Shown here: positions 17,586 to 28,500 of the stretch, one piece after another | Layout: each line of letters starts with the position of its first letter | Numbering within the stretch: position 1 is the first letter of the stretch | Origin: Minisyncoccota bacterium | GTDB taxonomy: Bacteria > Patescibacteriota > Minisyncoccia > Phycocordibacterales > UBA9973 | DNA: 64,000 bases | Direction of reading: 5' to 3' | Assembly: GCA_041675085.1 (NCBI GenBank) | Contig: JBAYUN010000003.1 | Coordinates: forward strand, 28,798 to 92,797 | Program-made: the position numbers and the translations under genes | Notes under the pieces: model-generated | Told to the model about the DNA's origin: nothing | What the model saw: only the letters and a program-made list of their open reading frames with translations | Databases searched by the model: none

Positions 17586-20500
17586 ATGAAATTAAATAAA
17601 AAAAATAATTTGAGAAATATTTGGAAAAATAAATCCATGAGGGTTGTTTTTGGTGTTTCATTTTTTGTATTTATTTTTTTATTTTCAACTCTATTTTCTA
17701 GTTTAGTTTATGCTGCCGCAGGAGTGCCTAAGGTTATAAATTTTCAAGGGAGACTTTTGAATTCTTCTGGAGATCTTTTGGGTGGTACGGGTGGTACTGA
17801 TTACTGTTATAAATTTTCTATTTATGATGCTTCGACTGGTGGTAGTAAAATCTGGCCAGCGGGAAGTCCTAGCACTATGACCATCGTCACTCGCGAAGGA
17901 GTTTTTAATGCGAACGTGGGAGACACAGGTGCGGGAGGAGATACTTTAGATTTAACTTTCACCGATGATCAAGCATACATGAATATCGAAGTTGCAACGA
18001 AAGTAGGTTCAACTTGTGCACCAGGAGATGGGGCCGAAAGTTTTGAAACTCTTTCTCCTCGTCAGAGAATAGCTTCATCTGCTTTTGCTATAAATTCGGG
18101 AACAGTCGGAGGATATACTCCGGCGACTAGTGCGACAGGTTCTCAAATCCCAGTTCTCTCTTCGGGCTCATTAATCCTCGGAGATACAAATCCAGGATTA
18201 AGAGTAACAGGAAGCAATACTCTAACTTTTCAAAGTGGCGTAACTGGAGATATTCAATTTTTCTCTGGAACAAATAAAATTACTTCTGCAGGAGTTCTGA
18301 CTATCGGAGGTGCGTTAAATTCTGCGGGAATAAATTCTTCAGGAACAATAACTTTCTCTGGGCTCTCTGGAGGAGGTTCACAATGTTTGCAAGTAGATAA
18401 CTCTGGAGTAGTCACAGGTACGGGTAGTTCTTGTGGAGCAGGGTCAGTAACGTGGAATTCTTTCACTAACCCAACAGGTACTCAAACCCTCACTTTCGAT
18501 GATGGAGAATTAAACGCATGGACTGTAAATTCAGACACAGAAACTTTCCAAACAATCACAGCTAATTCTCTGACTACTGGTAAAGTTTTAGGAATATCTT
18601 CTTCATCTCTTACTTCAGGCTCACTTGTTGACCTAACTGTTACAGGAACAGGAGCTTTAACAGGGCAGAAAGGATTAAACATTTCTCTCTCTGGTGCAAA
18701 CGGTACCGGAGCTCAGACTACTTATGGAGCATATCTATCTAATACTCATACAGGAACTTCTACTAACGTTGGACTTTATGCTACAGCTTCAGGAGGGACT
18801 AATAATTATGCTGCTATATTTGATAATGGCAACGTAGGTATAGGAGACTCATCTCCCACTTCATTATTCACCGTAGGGTCTGGTGATCTTTTCCAGATAA
18901 ATTCATCGGGACAAATAGGTTCTCAACAAGCCCCGGTGTCAGATTATCTTTTTGCTTTAAATGGAACTACGGGGAACAATAATAGTAGGATTATTGATAT
19001 TGTGCAGTCAAATAACGCAGATGAAAGTTCTAGTGTTGTTAATATCGTTGCTACTCCAACTTTAGGAACTATAGGAAGTGGTAGGACAGTAACAGGGAAT
19101 TATCTCTCTTTGACTCCTTCTGCTACGGTGAGTGATGCATTTTTGAGTACTTATGGTAGTTCAAATAATTTATCTTTATCTAATTTAACCTTAGGAGATG
19201 GTGAGGTTGGTATCTATAGTTATGGGGATTATAGTTGGATAACAGGTTCTCCTGTTTATAATGGGGTTGGTGAGTCGACTGAGTTCGACACTTATGGTAC
19301 TTATACTAATGTTAATATTTCACCAACCTTAACAGCTGTACCTGACGCTTCTTTCTTTCGTACATATGGAGGTAGATTTAATGCTTTTGTAACTTCTGCA
19401 GGAAATTCAGAACTGTCAGCATACGTTTATGGTGTTTCTGGAACAGCGAGTGGCAATTTAACTACAACAGGAAATACCTTCCACTCTGGAGGATATTTTA
19501 GTGCAAGCGGTTCAGCAGATACTAACTACGGTATTTCTTCTTCAGTTGGAGGCGCAACTACAAATTATGGAGGATATTTCTCTGCTTTCGGTGCATCAGA
19601 TACTAACTATGGTATTTATGCGACGGTTGGCGGAGGGACTGCAAATTATTCAGGTATTTTTATGGGAGGTAATTTTGGTATAGGAGATGACACTCCAACC
19701 TCATTATTCACTGTAGGTAACGGCGACCTTTTCCAAGTAAATTCTTCCGGTGCTATAGCCGCAGCCACAGGTATAACCTCAAGTGGTACGATAAATTTCT
19801 CAGGACTTACAGCAAGCGAATTAACAGCAACAGATGCAAGCAAAAACTTAGTATCTCTTTCTACTTCTACTTACCCTTCACTGACAGAGATATCTTATGT
19901 AAAAGGAGTAACTAGTGCAATCCAAACTCAATTGAATGCAAAAGGTGATGTTTCAAAAGTAGGTACACCTGTCAACAAACAAATAGGTGTTTGGACTGGA
20001 GACGGAACTTTGCAAGGATTAGCAGACTTTACTTACGAAAATCTTGCAGGTGGTGGTCAGGGAGGACAATTAATTATTGGTGAAGAAAATTCTAACAACT
20101 TTATTAAAGCACCAGATGCAACTACTAGTAATACGTGGGGTGGAACTTTGTATATGTCTGGAGGTGTAGGTAATGGAACAGGACGTGGAGGAAGTTTTAA
20201 TCTTACTGGTGGAGCTTCTGGCACAGGAGATGGAGGAGAGGGAGGAAGTATTGGGATATATGCGGGTAATGCAATAGGTTCAGGAAATGGAAATGGAGGT
20301 AATGTTAATTTACAACCTGGTAGGGGTAAAGGTAGTGGCAATGAAGGTAAGGTTCGTATATTTTCTCAAAATGGAGACGTAGGAGTATTTTTTGACTTGT
20401 CTCTTATAGATGACTTTTACGATTATACTTTCCCAAATGGTGGTGGAACTTTCACTTTAAATGACGCTGCTCAAACTCTAACCAATAAAACAATAAATGG

Positions 20501-23500
20501 TGCAAACAATACTATAACTAACGTATCTCTTGCTACGGGGGTGACTGGCAATCTGCCTGTTACAAATCTTAATTCAGGTACTGGAGCTTCATCTTCTACA
20601 TATTGGAGAGGAGACGGTACTTGGGCTACTGTATCAAGTGGTAGTAGCGTTTGGTCAGACCTCACAGTTCCAACAGGCAACCTCTCTCTAGCTCACGGCG
20701 GATACACTACAGACTTTACATACAACTCCGTAACTACAGATAATGCATTCACATTATCTTCTTCATCTTTGTCTTCAGGTTCATTAGTAAACCTAGCAGT
20801 CACAGGTACAGCTGCAGCATCTAATACACAAAAAGCATTAAATATATCTAACTCTGGAGCTAACGCTACAAGTACTCAAACAACTTACGGAGCATTTTTA
20901 TCTAATACTCGTACAGGAACTTCTTCTACTAACGTTGGACTTTATGCTACAGCTTCTGGAGGTACGAACAATTACGCTGCGATTTTTGATGCGGGAGATA
21001 TTGGTGTAGGTACAACTGCTCCTACTGCTCGATTAGATGTGCGTGGTACAGCTACAGGATCTAAGTGGTTGGGTCTTTTTGTAGAGGATGGTGCTACCCC
21101 TGAAGCTTCCGCAATTATTTCTGCAAACCAAAATGCTGCCGTGTCTGTACAGGGTGATGGAAGCGCTTATTTCTTGGGCCGAGATGTTACTAATGATATA
21201 GAATTTATTATGGGTACTTCTACTGCAGGAGGTGCTTTTGCTGGAGCTATGACATCTCATCCTTTTTGGTTAAGAACTGATAATCAAACCAGATTAACTA
21301 TCTTAAACACATCAGGTAATGTTGGTGTCGGTGATACAAGCCCCGCTTCACTATTCACTGTAGGATCGGGTGATTTGTTTCAAGTAAACTCATCAGGTGC
21401 GATAGTTGCAGCTACAGGTATAACTTCAAGTGGTACTGTTACTTTATCAAGTATTTCAGGTTCTACTCAATGTCTCCAAGTAAATTCTTCTGGGGTAGTC
21501 TCGGGTACAGGTAGTACTTGTGGTGGTGGACTTACAGTAGGTACTACAGCTATATCAAGCGGAGGTACAAATAGAGTTTTGTTTGAAAATGGATCAAATA
21601 TTTTATCTGAAAGTGCAGACTTTACTTATGATGGGACTACTTTAGGTGTAGCGACTTCTTCTACTGTTGCTTCAAATAAAGCTTTAAATATTTCTCAAAC
21701 TGGAGCAACTTCTGGTACTGATTATGCAGGATATTTTTCTAATACTGGTGCTGCTACTACTAACGTAGGACTTTATGCTACTGCAACTGGTGCTACTACT
21801 AATCTTGGTTTGAATGTAGATTCTGGTCAAACTTTACTCGGAGGCACAACTTTAAGTTCTGGCACTTTAGCAAAACTAAATATCGTATCAACTATGGCTT
21901 CAAATGGAGTTACTACTGCGATAGCTGGTATTCATGGAGATTATACTTTCAATAACGGTGGAGCTAGTAGTTATGTACAAGTAGGAAACCGTTTTGTGTT
22001 CAATAATGCTCCGACTACGAATGCAAATACTATGGTAGGAGAGATACTTCGTGTTATTGATAATACTACTCTAGCAAATCTAGTCCGTGGTATAGAAATC
22101 ACAGCAAATGCTGGTAGTAATACTGCTGGTACAAATACAGGTATCAGAACTACTGGTGCGACTTTTGGTATTCAAGCTATAACCAACGGAGCTGCTGGAG
22201 GGGCATCATTGCCAGCTGCAATTTATGGAGAGAATACAGGAACCACTCAAGGAGATGTTTTAAGATTGTATTCTAATAGTATTACAACAGCTCCACAAAT
22301 GGCTCAATTTTATCACAATACTAGTACTTTTAGTGGTACAGGTTTGCTTATGGATTTTGCTGAGGGTTCTGGAACTTTCTCTGGTAATTTCTTGGATTTC
22401 CAAAAGAACAATACTACTTTATTTAAAGTTACTAACGGAGGAGTACTGAGTTTAGGTTTTAGTACTAACCAGACTGCAACTTCAGCTGTGTGTTCTACAT
22501 TAGCCAATTCAACTGCTCCTACAGCTGATACTTTATATGAACTCAGAGATTGTGGTAGTACTCCTGTAGCTGACTATGCTGAAATGTACCCAGTCGAAAA
22601 TGATATAGAATTTGGAGATATAGTTGCGGTGGGTACAGAACTTGTTAATACTTATGATGTTACCGAGGGATCTATTGACTGGACAAAAGTTAAGGGTACT
22701 ATAACTAAATTAGTAAAATCAGAGAAAGCTTATCAAGGTAATGTGATAGGTATTGTTTCTGACAACTTTGGAGATTTTTCTTCTACTGGTTACAATATTA
22801 AACCTGAAGATAATCCTATGCCTGTAGCACTTGTGGGACGTTTGCCTGTAAAGATAGCTACTAGCTCGAGCGATATTAAAGCTGGGGATTATATTACGAC
22901 TTCTAATGAAATAGGTAGAGGAATGAAAGCAAATCGTGCTGGTTTTGTTATAGGTAAAGCACTCGAGGATTGGAGTAATGTAGATGGTAAAGATACAGTT
23001 ATGGTTTTTGTAGAACAAGGATATTACAATGGAGTCAGTGCAACAAATTTTGCAGGAATAGATATAAATACAATTCCTCAAAACGAAATCAATAAACAGA
23101 TTTTAGCTAAATTAATATTAGAAGAAAATAATATTGATCCTCTTAATGCAAATGAATTATTTACAGATAGAGTTGTGGCTGGTCTTGAAGTTGTTACCCC
23201 AAATCTAGTAGCATCTACTGTAAATACAGATTCTTTGTTGGTAGAAGATGATTCTGTTTTTAAAGGATTATCTTTCTTTGAAAGTGATGCAGGATTTTTA
23301 GCTGGAGTTAAATTTAATGGTAATGCAGAATTCATTTTGCCTCCATTATTTAATAGTGATACTGCAGGTTTCGCCATTATAAAAGCAGGAAGTAAAAAGG
23401 TAGATATACTTTTTGAGAATCCATACATCACTCAACCAGTAGTAACTACTTCTATTTCATTTGAAGATAATATTGTTACTTCCCCAAATACTAATGAAGA

Positions 23501-23900
23501 TTCGCTGGATACTCTCACTAACGAAGAGGTTAATGAATTCTTTAATGAAAATATTAATCATGTTGTGACAAATAAAACTAAAGAAGGATTTAGTATTAGA
23601 ATAAACAAAGAAGCGAACAGAGATATTAAATTCTCTTGGGTAGCATTAGCTGTGCGAGACGCTAATATTTTCGAAAGTGCTATTCCAGGTTTATCAATTG
23701 ATCAAAATAGTATACCTGTGAATAATCCTCCTGCAACAGATAATACAGAGTCACAAGAAGAGAATATAGAAATTCCTGTAGAGGAAAATACAGATGAAGG
23801 AGCAGCGGTAGAAGAGGTGATACCAGAAGTTGTAGTAGAAGAATTTATACCTGATCCAGTGATTGAAGAAACTGTAGCAGAGAATCCTATAGTAGAATAA
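17586..23900 (+). CDS. giant extracellular repeat protein (2104 aa), putative adhesin/surface-layer component
   Basis: N-terminal signal/TM. Extremely G/S/T/N-rich. Internal repeats: SLFTVGSGDLFQ(I/V)NSSG x3 and GLYATASGGTNNYAAIFD x2. Acidic C-terminal tail. No enzymatic motif. Confidence 0.55.
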   Translation: MKLNKKNNLRNIWKNKSMRVVFGVSFFVFIFLFSTLFSSLVYAAAGVPKVINFQGRLLNSSGDLLGGTGGTDYCYKFSIYDASTGGSKIWPAGSPSTMTIVTREGVFNANVGDTGAGGDTLDLTFTDDQAYMNIEVATKVGSTCAPGDGAESFETLSPRQRIASSAFAINSGTVGGYTPATSATGSQIPVLSSGSLILGDTNPGLRVTGSNTLTFQSGVTGDIQFFSGTNKITSAGVLTIGGALNSAGINSSGTITFSGLSGGGSQCLQVDNSGVVTGTGSSCGAGSVTWNSFTNPTGTQTLTFDDGELNAWTVNSDTETFQTITANSLTTGKVLGISSSSLTSGSLVDLTVTGTGALTGQKGLNISLSGANGTGAQTTYGAYLSNTHTGTSTNVGLYATASGGTNNYAAIFDNGNVGIGDSSPTSLFTVGSGDLFQINSSGQIGSQQAPVSDYLFALNGTTGNNNSRIIDIVQSNNADESSSVVNIVATPTLGTIGSGRTVTGNYLSLTPSATVSDAFLSTYGSSNNLSLSNLTLGDGEVGIYSYGDYSWITGSPVYNGVGESTEFDTYGTYTNVNISPTLTAVPDASFFRTYGGRFNAFVTSAGNSELSAYVYGVSGTASGNLTTTGNTFHSGGYFSASGSADTNYGISSSVGGATTNYGGYFSAFGASDTNYGIYATVGGGTANYSGIFMGGNFGIGDDTPTSLFTVGNGDLFQVNSSGAIAAATGITSSGTINFSGLTASELTATDASKNLVSLSTSTYPSLTEISYVKGVTSAIQTQLNAKGDVSKVGTPVNKQIGVWTGDGTLQGLADFTYENLAGGGQGGQLIIGEENSNNFIKAPDATTSNTWGGTLYMSGGVGNGTGRGGSFNLTGGASGTGDGGEGGSIGIYAGNAIGSGNGNGGNVNLQPGRGKGSGNEGKVRIFSQNGDVGVFFDLSLIDDFYDYTFPNGGGTFTLNDAAQTLTNKTINGANNTITNVSLATGVTGNLPVTNLNSGTGASSSTYWRGDGTWATVSSGSSVWSDLTVPTGNLSLAHGGYTTDFTYNSVTTDNAFTLSSSSLSSGSLVNLAVTGTAAASNTQKALNISNSGANATSTQTTYGAFLSNTRTGTSSTNVGLYATASGGTNNYAAIFDAGDIGVGTTAPTARLDVRGTATGSKWLGLFVEDGATPEASAIISANQNAAVSVQGDGSAYFLGRDVTNDIEFIMGTSTAGGAFAGAMTSHPFWLRTDNQTRLTILNTSGNVGVGDTSPASLFTVGSGDLFQVNSSGAIVAATGITSSGTVTLSSISGSTQCLQVNSSGVVSGTGSTCGGGLTVGTTAISSGGTNRVLFENGSNILSESADFTYDGTTLGVATSSTVASNKALNISQTGATSGTDYAGYFSNTGAATTNVGLYATATGATTNLGLNVDSGQTLLGGTTLSSGTLAKLNIVSTMASNGVTTAIAGIHGDYTFNNGGASSYVQVGNRFVFNNAPTTNANTMVGEILRVIDNTTLANLVRGIEITANAGSNTAGTNTGIRTTGATFGIQAITNGAAGGASLPAAIYGENTGTTQGDVLRLYSNSITTAPQMAQFYHNTSTFSGTGLLMDFAEGSGTFSGNFLDFQKNNTTLFKVTNGGVLSLGFSTNQTATSAVCSTLANSTAPTADTLYELRDCGSTPVADYAEMYPVENDIEFGDIVAVGTELVNTYDVTEGSIDWTKVKGTITKLVKSEKAYQGNVIGIVSDNFGDFSSTGYNIKPEDNPMPVALVGRLPVKIATSSSDIKAGDYITTSNEIGRGMKANRAGFVIGKALEDWSNVDGKDTVMVFVEQGYYNGVSATNFAGIDINTIPQNEINKQILAKLILEENNIDPLNANELFTDRVVAGLEVVTPNLVASTVNTDSLLVEDDSVFKGLSFFESDAGFLAGVKFNGNAEFILPPLFNSDTAGFAIIKAGSKKVDILFENPYITQPVVTTSISFEDNIVTSPNTNEDSLDTLTNEEVNEFFNENINHVVTNKTKEGFSIRINKEANRDIKFSWVALAVRDANIFESAIPGLSIDQNSIPVNNPPATDNTESQEENIEIPVEENTDEGAAVEEVIPEVVVEEFIPDPVIEETVAENPIVE

Positions 23901-23902
23901 AA

Positions 23903-23950
23903 ATCAAAACTAGGATAAAATATTTTATTCTGGTTTTGATTTTTTGATTA
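23903..23950. terminator. bidirectional terminator hairpin
   Basis: AAATCAAAAC ... GTTTTGATTTTTT between convergent genes. Confidence 0.45.
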
Positions 23951-24380
23951 AATTTAATAAATTGTATTTTACTTGTGGATAACTTTTGTCTTTTTCCTTT
24001 ATGTATATCTCAGCATTCATTTGTTTTTTTAGGGCAGGGAATTTGTTTTCTTCTTTTGGTTTACTTAAGCTTAGAGCCCAGGCTTTGAAGGTTAAAGTAT
24101 TTTTTGGGTCAAGTAATTTTAATATTGAAGTTATTGTATCTACATTAGCAACATCCGTCAAGTAAAATTTGCCATCCGAGGCTATAAATTTAAGTTGGTT
24201 ACATTCTGTAACCAACTGATTTTGTCTTTTTTTTAAACGGTTTTTGTAAACTTTCCAGTAATTTCGTGGATTAGAACTTGAAGTTACTATAGCCACAATA
24301 TCTACAATAGAAAAATACCATTTTCCTTCATTTTTATTCCACTCTTTGCGTATAGTGTCAAATTTTATTTTCTTTTCCAT
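23925..24380 (-). CDS. DinD/Bro-N-like domain protein
   Basis: FDTIRKEWNKNEGKWYFSIVDIVAIVTSSSNPRNYWKVYKNRLKK resembles the Bro-N/DinD pattern F..IR....E.W.sA.dvA.lL.y.nprNf.kv. The internal ATG (MEKKIKF) is preferred over the track start. Confidence 0.35.
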   Translation of the reverse strand: MEKKIKFDTIRKEWNKNEGKWYFSIVDIVAIVTSSSNPRNYWKVYKNRLKKRQNQLVTECNQLKFIASDGKFYLTDVANVDTITSILKLLDPKNTLTFKAWALSLSKPKEENKFPALKKQMNAEIYIKEKDKSYPQVKYNLLNLIKKSKPE

Positions 24381-24482
24381 TTTATATGTATTGTTTATAA
24401 ATACATTATATACCAATCTTGGTACGAGGAGTAGTCTCGAGCATATATTTGAATCTGAAAATATTTAGTTATAAAAGCATGT

Positions 24483-24510
24483 TGATTTATGTATAAATAA
24501 GTTATAATTA
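24483..24510 (+). promoter_or_regulatory. sigma70-like promoter
   Basis: TTGATT tatgtataaataagt TATAAT upstream of 24524. Confidence 0.35.
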
Positions 24511-24523
24511 AAATATTAAATAA

Positions 24524-25576
24524 ATGAAAATAAAAAATAATTTAAATAAAAATATATTTTTTGGATTGATAGGCTTTATATTTGGAATTATTGTAATGAT
24601 AGTTATTTTTTATACTAATTTTTTTGGTTTTAATTCTGCTAATGTAAATAAAAGTCCCTTTTTTACTGAATCTAGTTTAGATAATGATAAATATAATTTC
24701 CTGAGACCATTTATTGCTTCTGGGTATAAAGATAATAATGAAAAGGAATCATTAAAGTGGTTTCCTTCAGAAAGAAATTTAAAAAATTTAGTACAAGATG
24801 CTGTTTTTGAAAACAATGAAGTAAAGACTAGCGTATTTTTTCTAAATTTAAATAACTCAGGTTGGTTTAGTGTAAACCCTACTGATACTTTTATTCCAGC
24901 AAGTTTGTTAAAGTTACCCATGCTGATTTCGTATTACAAATTACATGAATCTGAAAAAGATTTATTTGATAAAAAAATAAATTATCAAGGTGAGAATTTT
25001 AACCAGTTTAAAAATCTTGGCAACGGGACTATTGTACCAGGGCAGACTTATACAGTTAAAGAATTAATGAGAGAGATGGTTGTACATTCCGATAATAATG
25101 CTTTGCAGCTGCTCTATAAGTACAGAGAGGAATCTTTGAAGTCTATATTTGCTGATATGAATATACCACTACCATCTACTGATCAAGAAATAGCTTCAAA
25201 AGATTTCATGACTGCTAGGGATATTGGTCGTTTTCTTTTGGTCTTATATAATTCTTCGTATCTAAGTTTAGAAAATTCTGAAGAAGCTTTACAGATATTA
25301 TCTGAATCTGTGTTTAAAGATGGTATTGTAGCTGGTGTTCCTAGTAATATAGTGGTGAGTCATAAATTTGGTGAAAGGACATTGGATCAAAATGGGCAAA
25401 ATTTAAAAACTGAATTGCATGATTGTGGTATTGTATATCATCCCAATATACCATACATAGTTTGTGTCATGACCAAAGGAAGTGATATTGAGTCAGAAAA
25501 ATTGCAAATTCAAAAAATCTCAAAAATAATTTATGAGGGCGTTGATTCTTTTGCCAATAATTCTAAAGAAAATTAA
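24524..25576 (+). CDS. membrane-anchored class-A beta-lactamase-like serine hydrolase
   Basis: N-terminal TM. PASLLK (SxxK), VHSDNNA (SDN loop) and HKFG (a KTG-like triad variant) appear in the correct order and spacing. The stop overlaps the start of the downstream 3210-aa gene (TAATG). Confidence 0.5.
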   Translation: MKIKNNLNKNIFFGLIGFIFGIIVMIVIFYTNFFGFNSANVNKSPFFTESSLDNDKYNFLRPFIASGYKDNNEKESLKWFPSERNLKNLVQDAVFENNEVKTSVFFLNLNNSGWFSVNPTDTFIPASLLKLPMLISYYKLHESEKDLFDKKINYQGENFNQFKNLGNGTIVPGQTYTVKELMREMVVHSDNNALQLLYKYREESLKSIFADMNIPLPSTDQEIASKDFMTARDIGRFLLVLYNSSYLSLENSEEALQILSESVFKDGIVAGVPSNIVVSHKFGERTLDQNGQNLKTELHDCGIVYHPNIPYIVCVMTKGSDIESEKLQIQKISKIIYEGVDSFANNSKEN

Positions 25577-28500
25577 TGAAAAAAGATTTTTATATTAATC
25601 TAATAAAATTTTCTTCAACACTTTTTGTTTTTGTGTTTCTATTTTTGTTTACTACAAATGCAGCAGAAGCTGCTGTGAAGACATGGACTGGATCTACTAG
25701 TGATTTGTGGTCTGTGGGTGCGAACTGGGGAGGTGATGTTCCTGTCACGGGAGATGACTTGGTGTTTCCTGATGGAACATCAAATCTTTCTAGTACGAAC
25801 GATTTGACTGAAAATACAATTTTTAATTCAATTACTTTTTCTGGTAGTGGTTACACTCTTTCAGGAAACAGTATTATTTTAGGACCAGGGCTTGCAGGTA
25901 TTACTGACGTTACTTCTTCTGGAGGAAATACGATTGCATTTGATATTCGTTTAGATGTTACTCGTGATATTTATGTAACTAATATAAATGAGACTTTGAC
26001 TATCAGTGGTAGAATAGCTGGTGTCGGAGGTATTAATAAAGAAGGTGAGGGAAAATTAATTCTTTCTGGTGCGAATACTTATGGCGGTATTACAAAAGTA
26101 AATGTGGGAGTATTGAATGCACAGAACGATAAATCTCTCGGGACTATTTTGGCAGGAACAGAAGTTGTAGGTAATGCTGTTCTTGAGTTGCAAGGAGGAA
26201 TCAATATTAGTTATGAAGCTTTAGCTTTGCGTGGTTACGGGGTTTCAGAAAATGGAGCCTTAAGAAATATTAGTGGCAATAATACTTATGGTGGATTAAT
26301 TACACTGAGTTCGGCTGGAGGTACAGAAATATCATCGGATGCTGATACTCTCACAATCACAGGAGGTATGACTGGAGCGTTTCCATTATTCATTGATGGA
26401 CCAGGTAATATTACTTATTCTACTACTCCTATTGCTATTGCAGCCGGTACAGTTACAAAGAAAGGTTCTGGTACTTTGAGATATAATTTTCCTAATACTT
26501 ATACTGGTTTAACAATCATTGACGCAGGGACTCTTCTTTATGGGACAAATAATGCAATCCTTTCTGGAGGTGTTACTGTGACAGGAGGAACTTTAGATAT
26601 ATCTAATTATTCTGATATGTTAGGAACTGTAACTCTTGGAACTTTAGATTTAGCTAGTGGTACTATTACAGGTACTTCAGGAGTATTAAGTAGTCCTACT
26701 TGGACAGTTTATAATGGTAGCATTAATGCTATTATTTCTGGATATGGTGGAACTCTCACAAAGAGTACTCCAGGCACTGTAGTTTTAGGGAGAGCTAATA
26801 GGTATACTGGAGCTACTAGTATAAATGGAGGTATTTTAGAAATTCAAGATAGTTCATCTCTTGGAACAATTGATGGTATTACTACTGTTTCTGGTGGCTC
26901 AACATTGCAAATAAATGGAGATGGAATGTTAATACCAGAATATATTGCTTTTTCTGGTACTGGACATTTATATAAAGGTGCTATTCGCAACAAAAATGGA
27001 AACAATACTTTATCGGGTTTATTGACTACGGGTTCTGGGGCTATGATTGTGTCTGAGATAGATACAATTTTAACAATTGATGAGAGAGGCGTTTCAGTTA
27101 CAACAATAGGTTTGACTGTAGGGGGTGCGGGTGATGTTGTTTTTACCGACGATGCACCTATATATGGAACCACTGGTACTTTAACCAAAAATGATGAAGG
27201 TCTTTTAACTATAAATTCTTTTTCTAATATTACTGGTGTTATATCTATAAATAGAGGTGATGTTGTATTGAGTGGTTTAGGCGCTTTACCAATTGCTACG
27301 ACAATTTTTATAAATGCTGGAGCTACTTTGACGCTAGATAATACTTCAAATATAGTAAATGATCGTATCGCCGATACAGCTGTGGTTACGATGAATGGTG
27401 GTAATTTTAATTTTAAAGGCTCGAGTTCTGGTGATGTTCTTGAAACTACTGGAGTCTTAACATCAGGTATAGCTACTCAGTCAGGAGATAATAAAATAAC
27501 TATTACTCCAGGTTCTGGAGGGTCTACTGTTATGCGTTTTGCATCACTTATACGTACCGCTGGATCTTCATTACTTTTTAGAGGTACTTCTCTCGGCTCT
27601 ACTCCGGCGGCCAATGTATCGACTTTACTTTTCACAACTGCGCCTACTTTGTTGGGAGATGATGGAGAATCTAATTCACCAACACTCAGTATTATTCCTG
27701 GTGCTTTTGGCGACAATTCTCTAACTGGCACTGGTACAGATATGGTAACTTACAATAAAGGTAATATTAATGGATTACGTTTATTGAATGGGATAGGTTT
27801 TACTGGAGAATATACTAGTGATATTAATAGGACTAATGGAAATGTGAAACTCACTTCTTCTATCTCAGCTACTACTTCACTAATAAATTCTCTCATACTT
27901 AGCTCTGGATCAAGTATTACTAATCCAAGCACATCTCAAAATATTACTTTAACTTCTGGAAATATTTTAAATTTAGTGAATGGTGCTAACATTGCTGGAG
28001 CTAATACTACTTTGATTATGGATGGTAATGTTGAAGGATTCATTCGTGCAGTAGAGGATATTGATTTTTCTTCTTCTATTGCAACAACCGGAGGATTTAC
28101 AAAAACAGGTGAAGGAACACTAACTTTTTCTAGAGCTCAAACTTATACAGGTCTTACCTCGGTTAATGAAGGTACTTTTTTATATGGTATAGCTGATACT
28201 ATTTCTTCTGGTAACGTGACTGTTAATGGTGGAATTTTAGATATTGCAAACTTTAATGATACTGTAGGTGCAGTTATTTTACAAAAAGGAACTATTACTG
28301 GTAGCACTGGAGTATTGAGTGGAGCTTCATATAATCTCAGAGAAGGAACAGTGAGTGCTATTTTGGGAGGAGGGGTAACTCTCACACGTATTGCAACAAA
28401 TACCGCGGCTGATAGTATTGTGGCTTTGACTCGAGAGAATAGTTATACAGGAGTGACAACTATAACAAGCGGTATTTTGAAAATAGGTGCAGCTGGGAAC

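Noticed and set aside
18254-23431. Nine reverse-strand ORFs (60-120 aa, Pro/Val-rich) inside the 2104-aa giant gene
   Set aside because: They are the antisense reading of G/S/T-rich repeat codons (GGT/ACT read backwards as Pro/Val). They have no starts with context, no motifs, and are fully nested in a far longer ORF with coherent repeat structure.
17586-23900. Phage tail-fibre origin for the first giant protein (C-terminal region)
   Set aside because: It is only a loose resemblance to tail-fibre or chaperone segments. There is no flanking phage structural, integrase or terminase gene, and the gene sits in a chromosomal surface-protein block. It is left as a surface adhesin.
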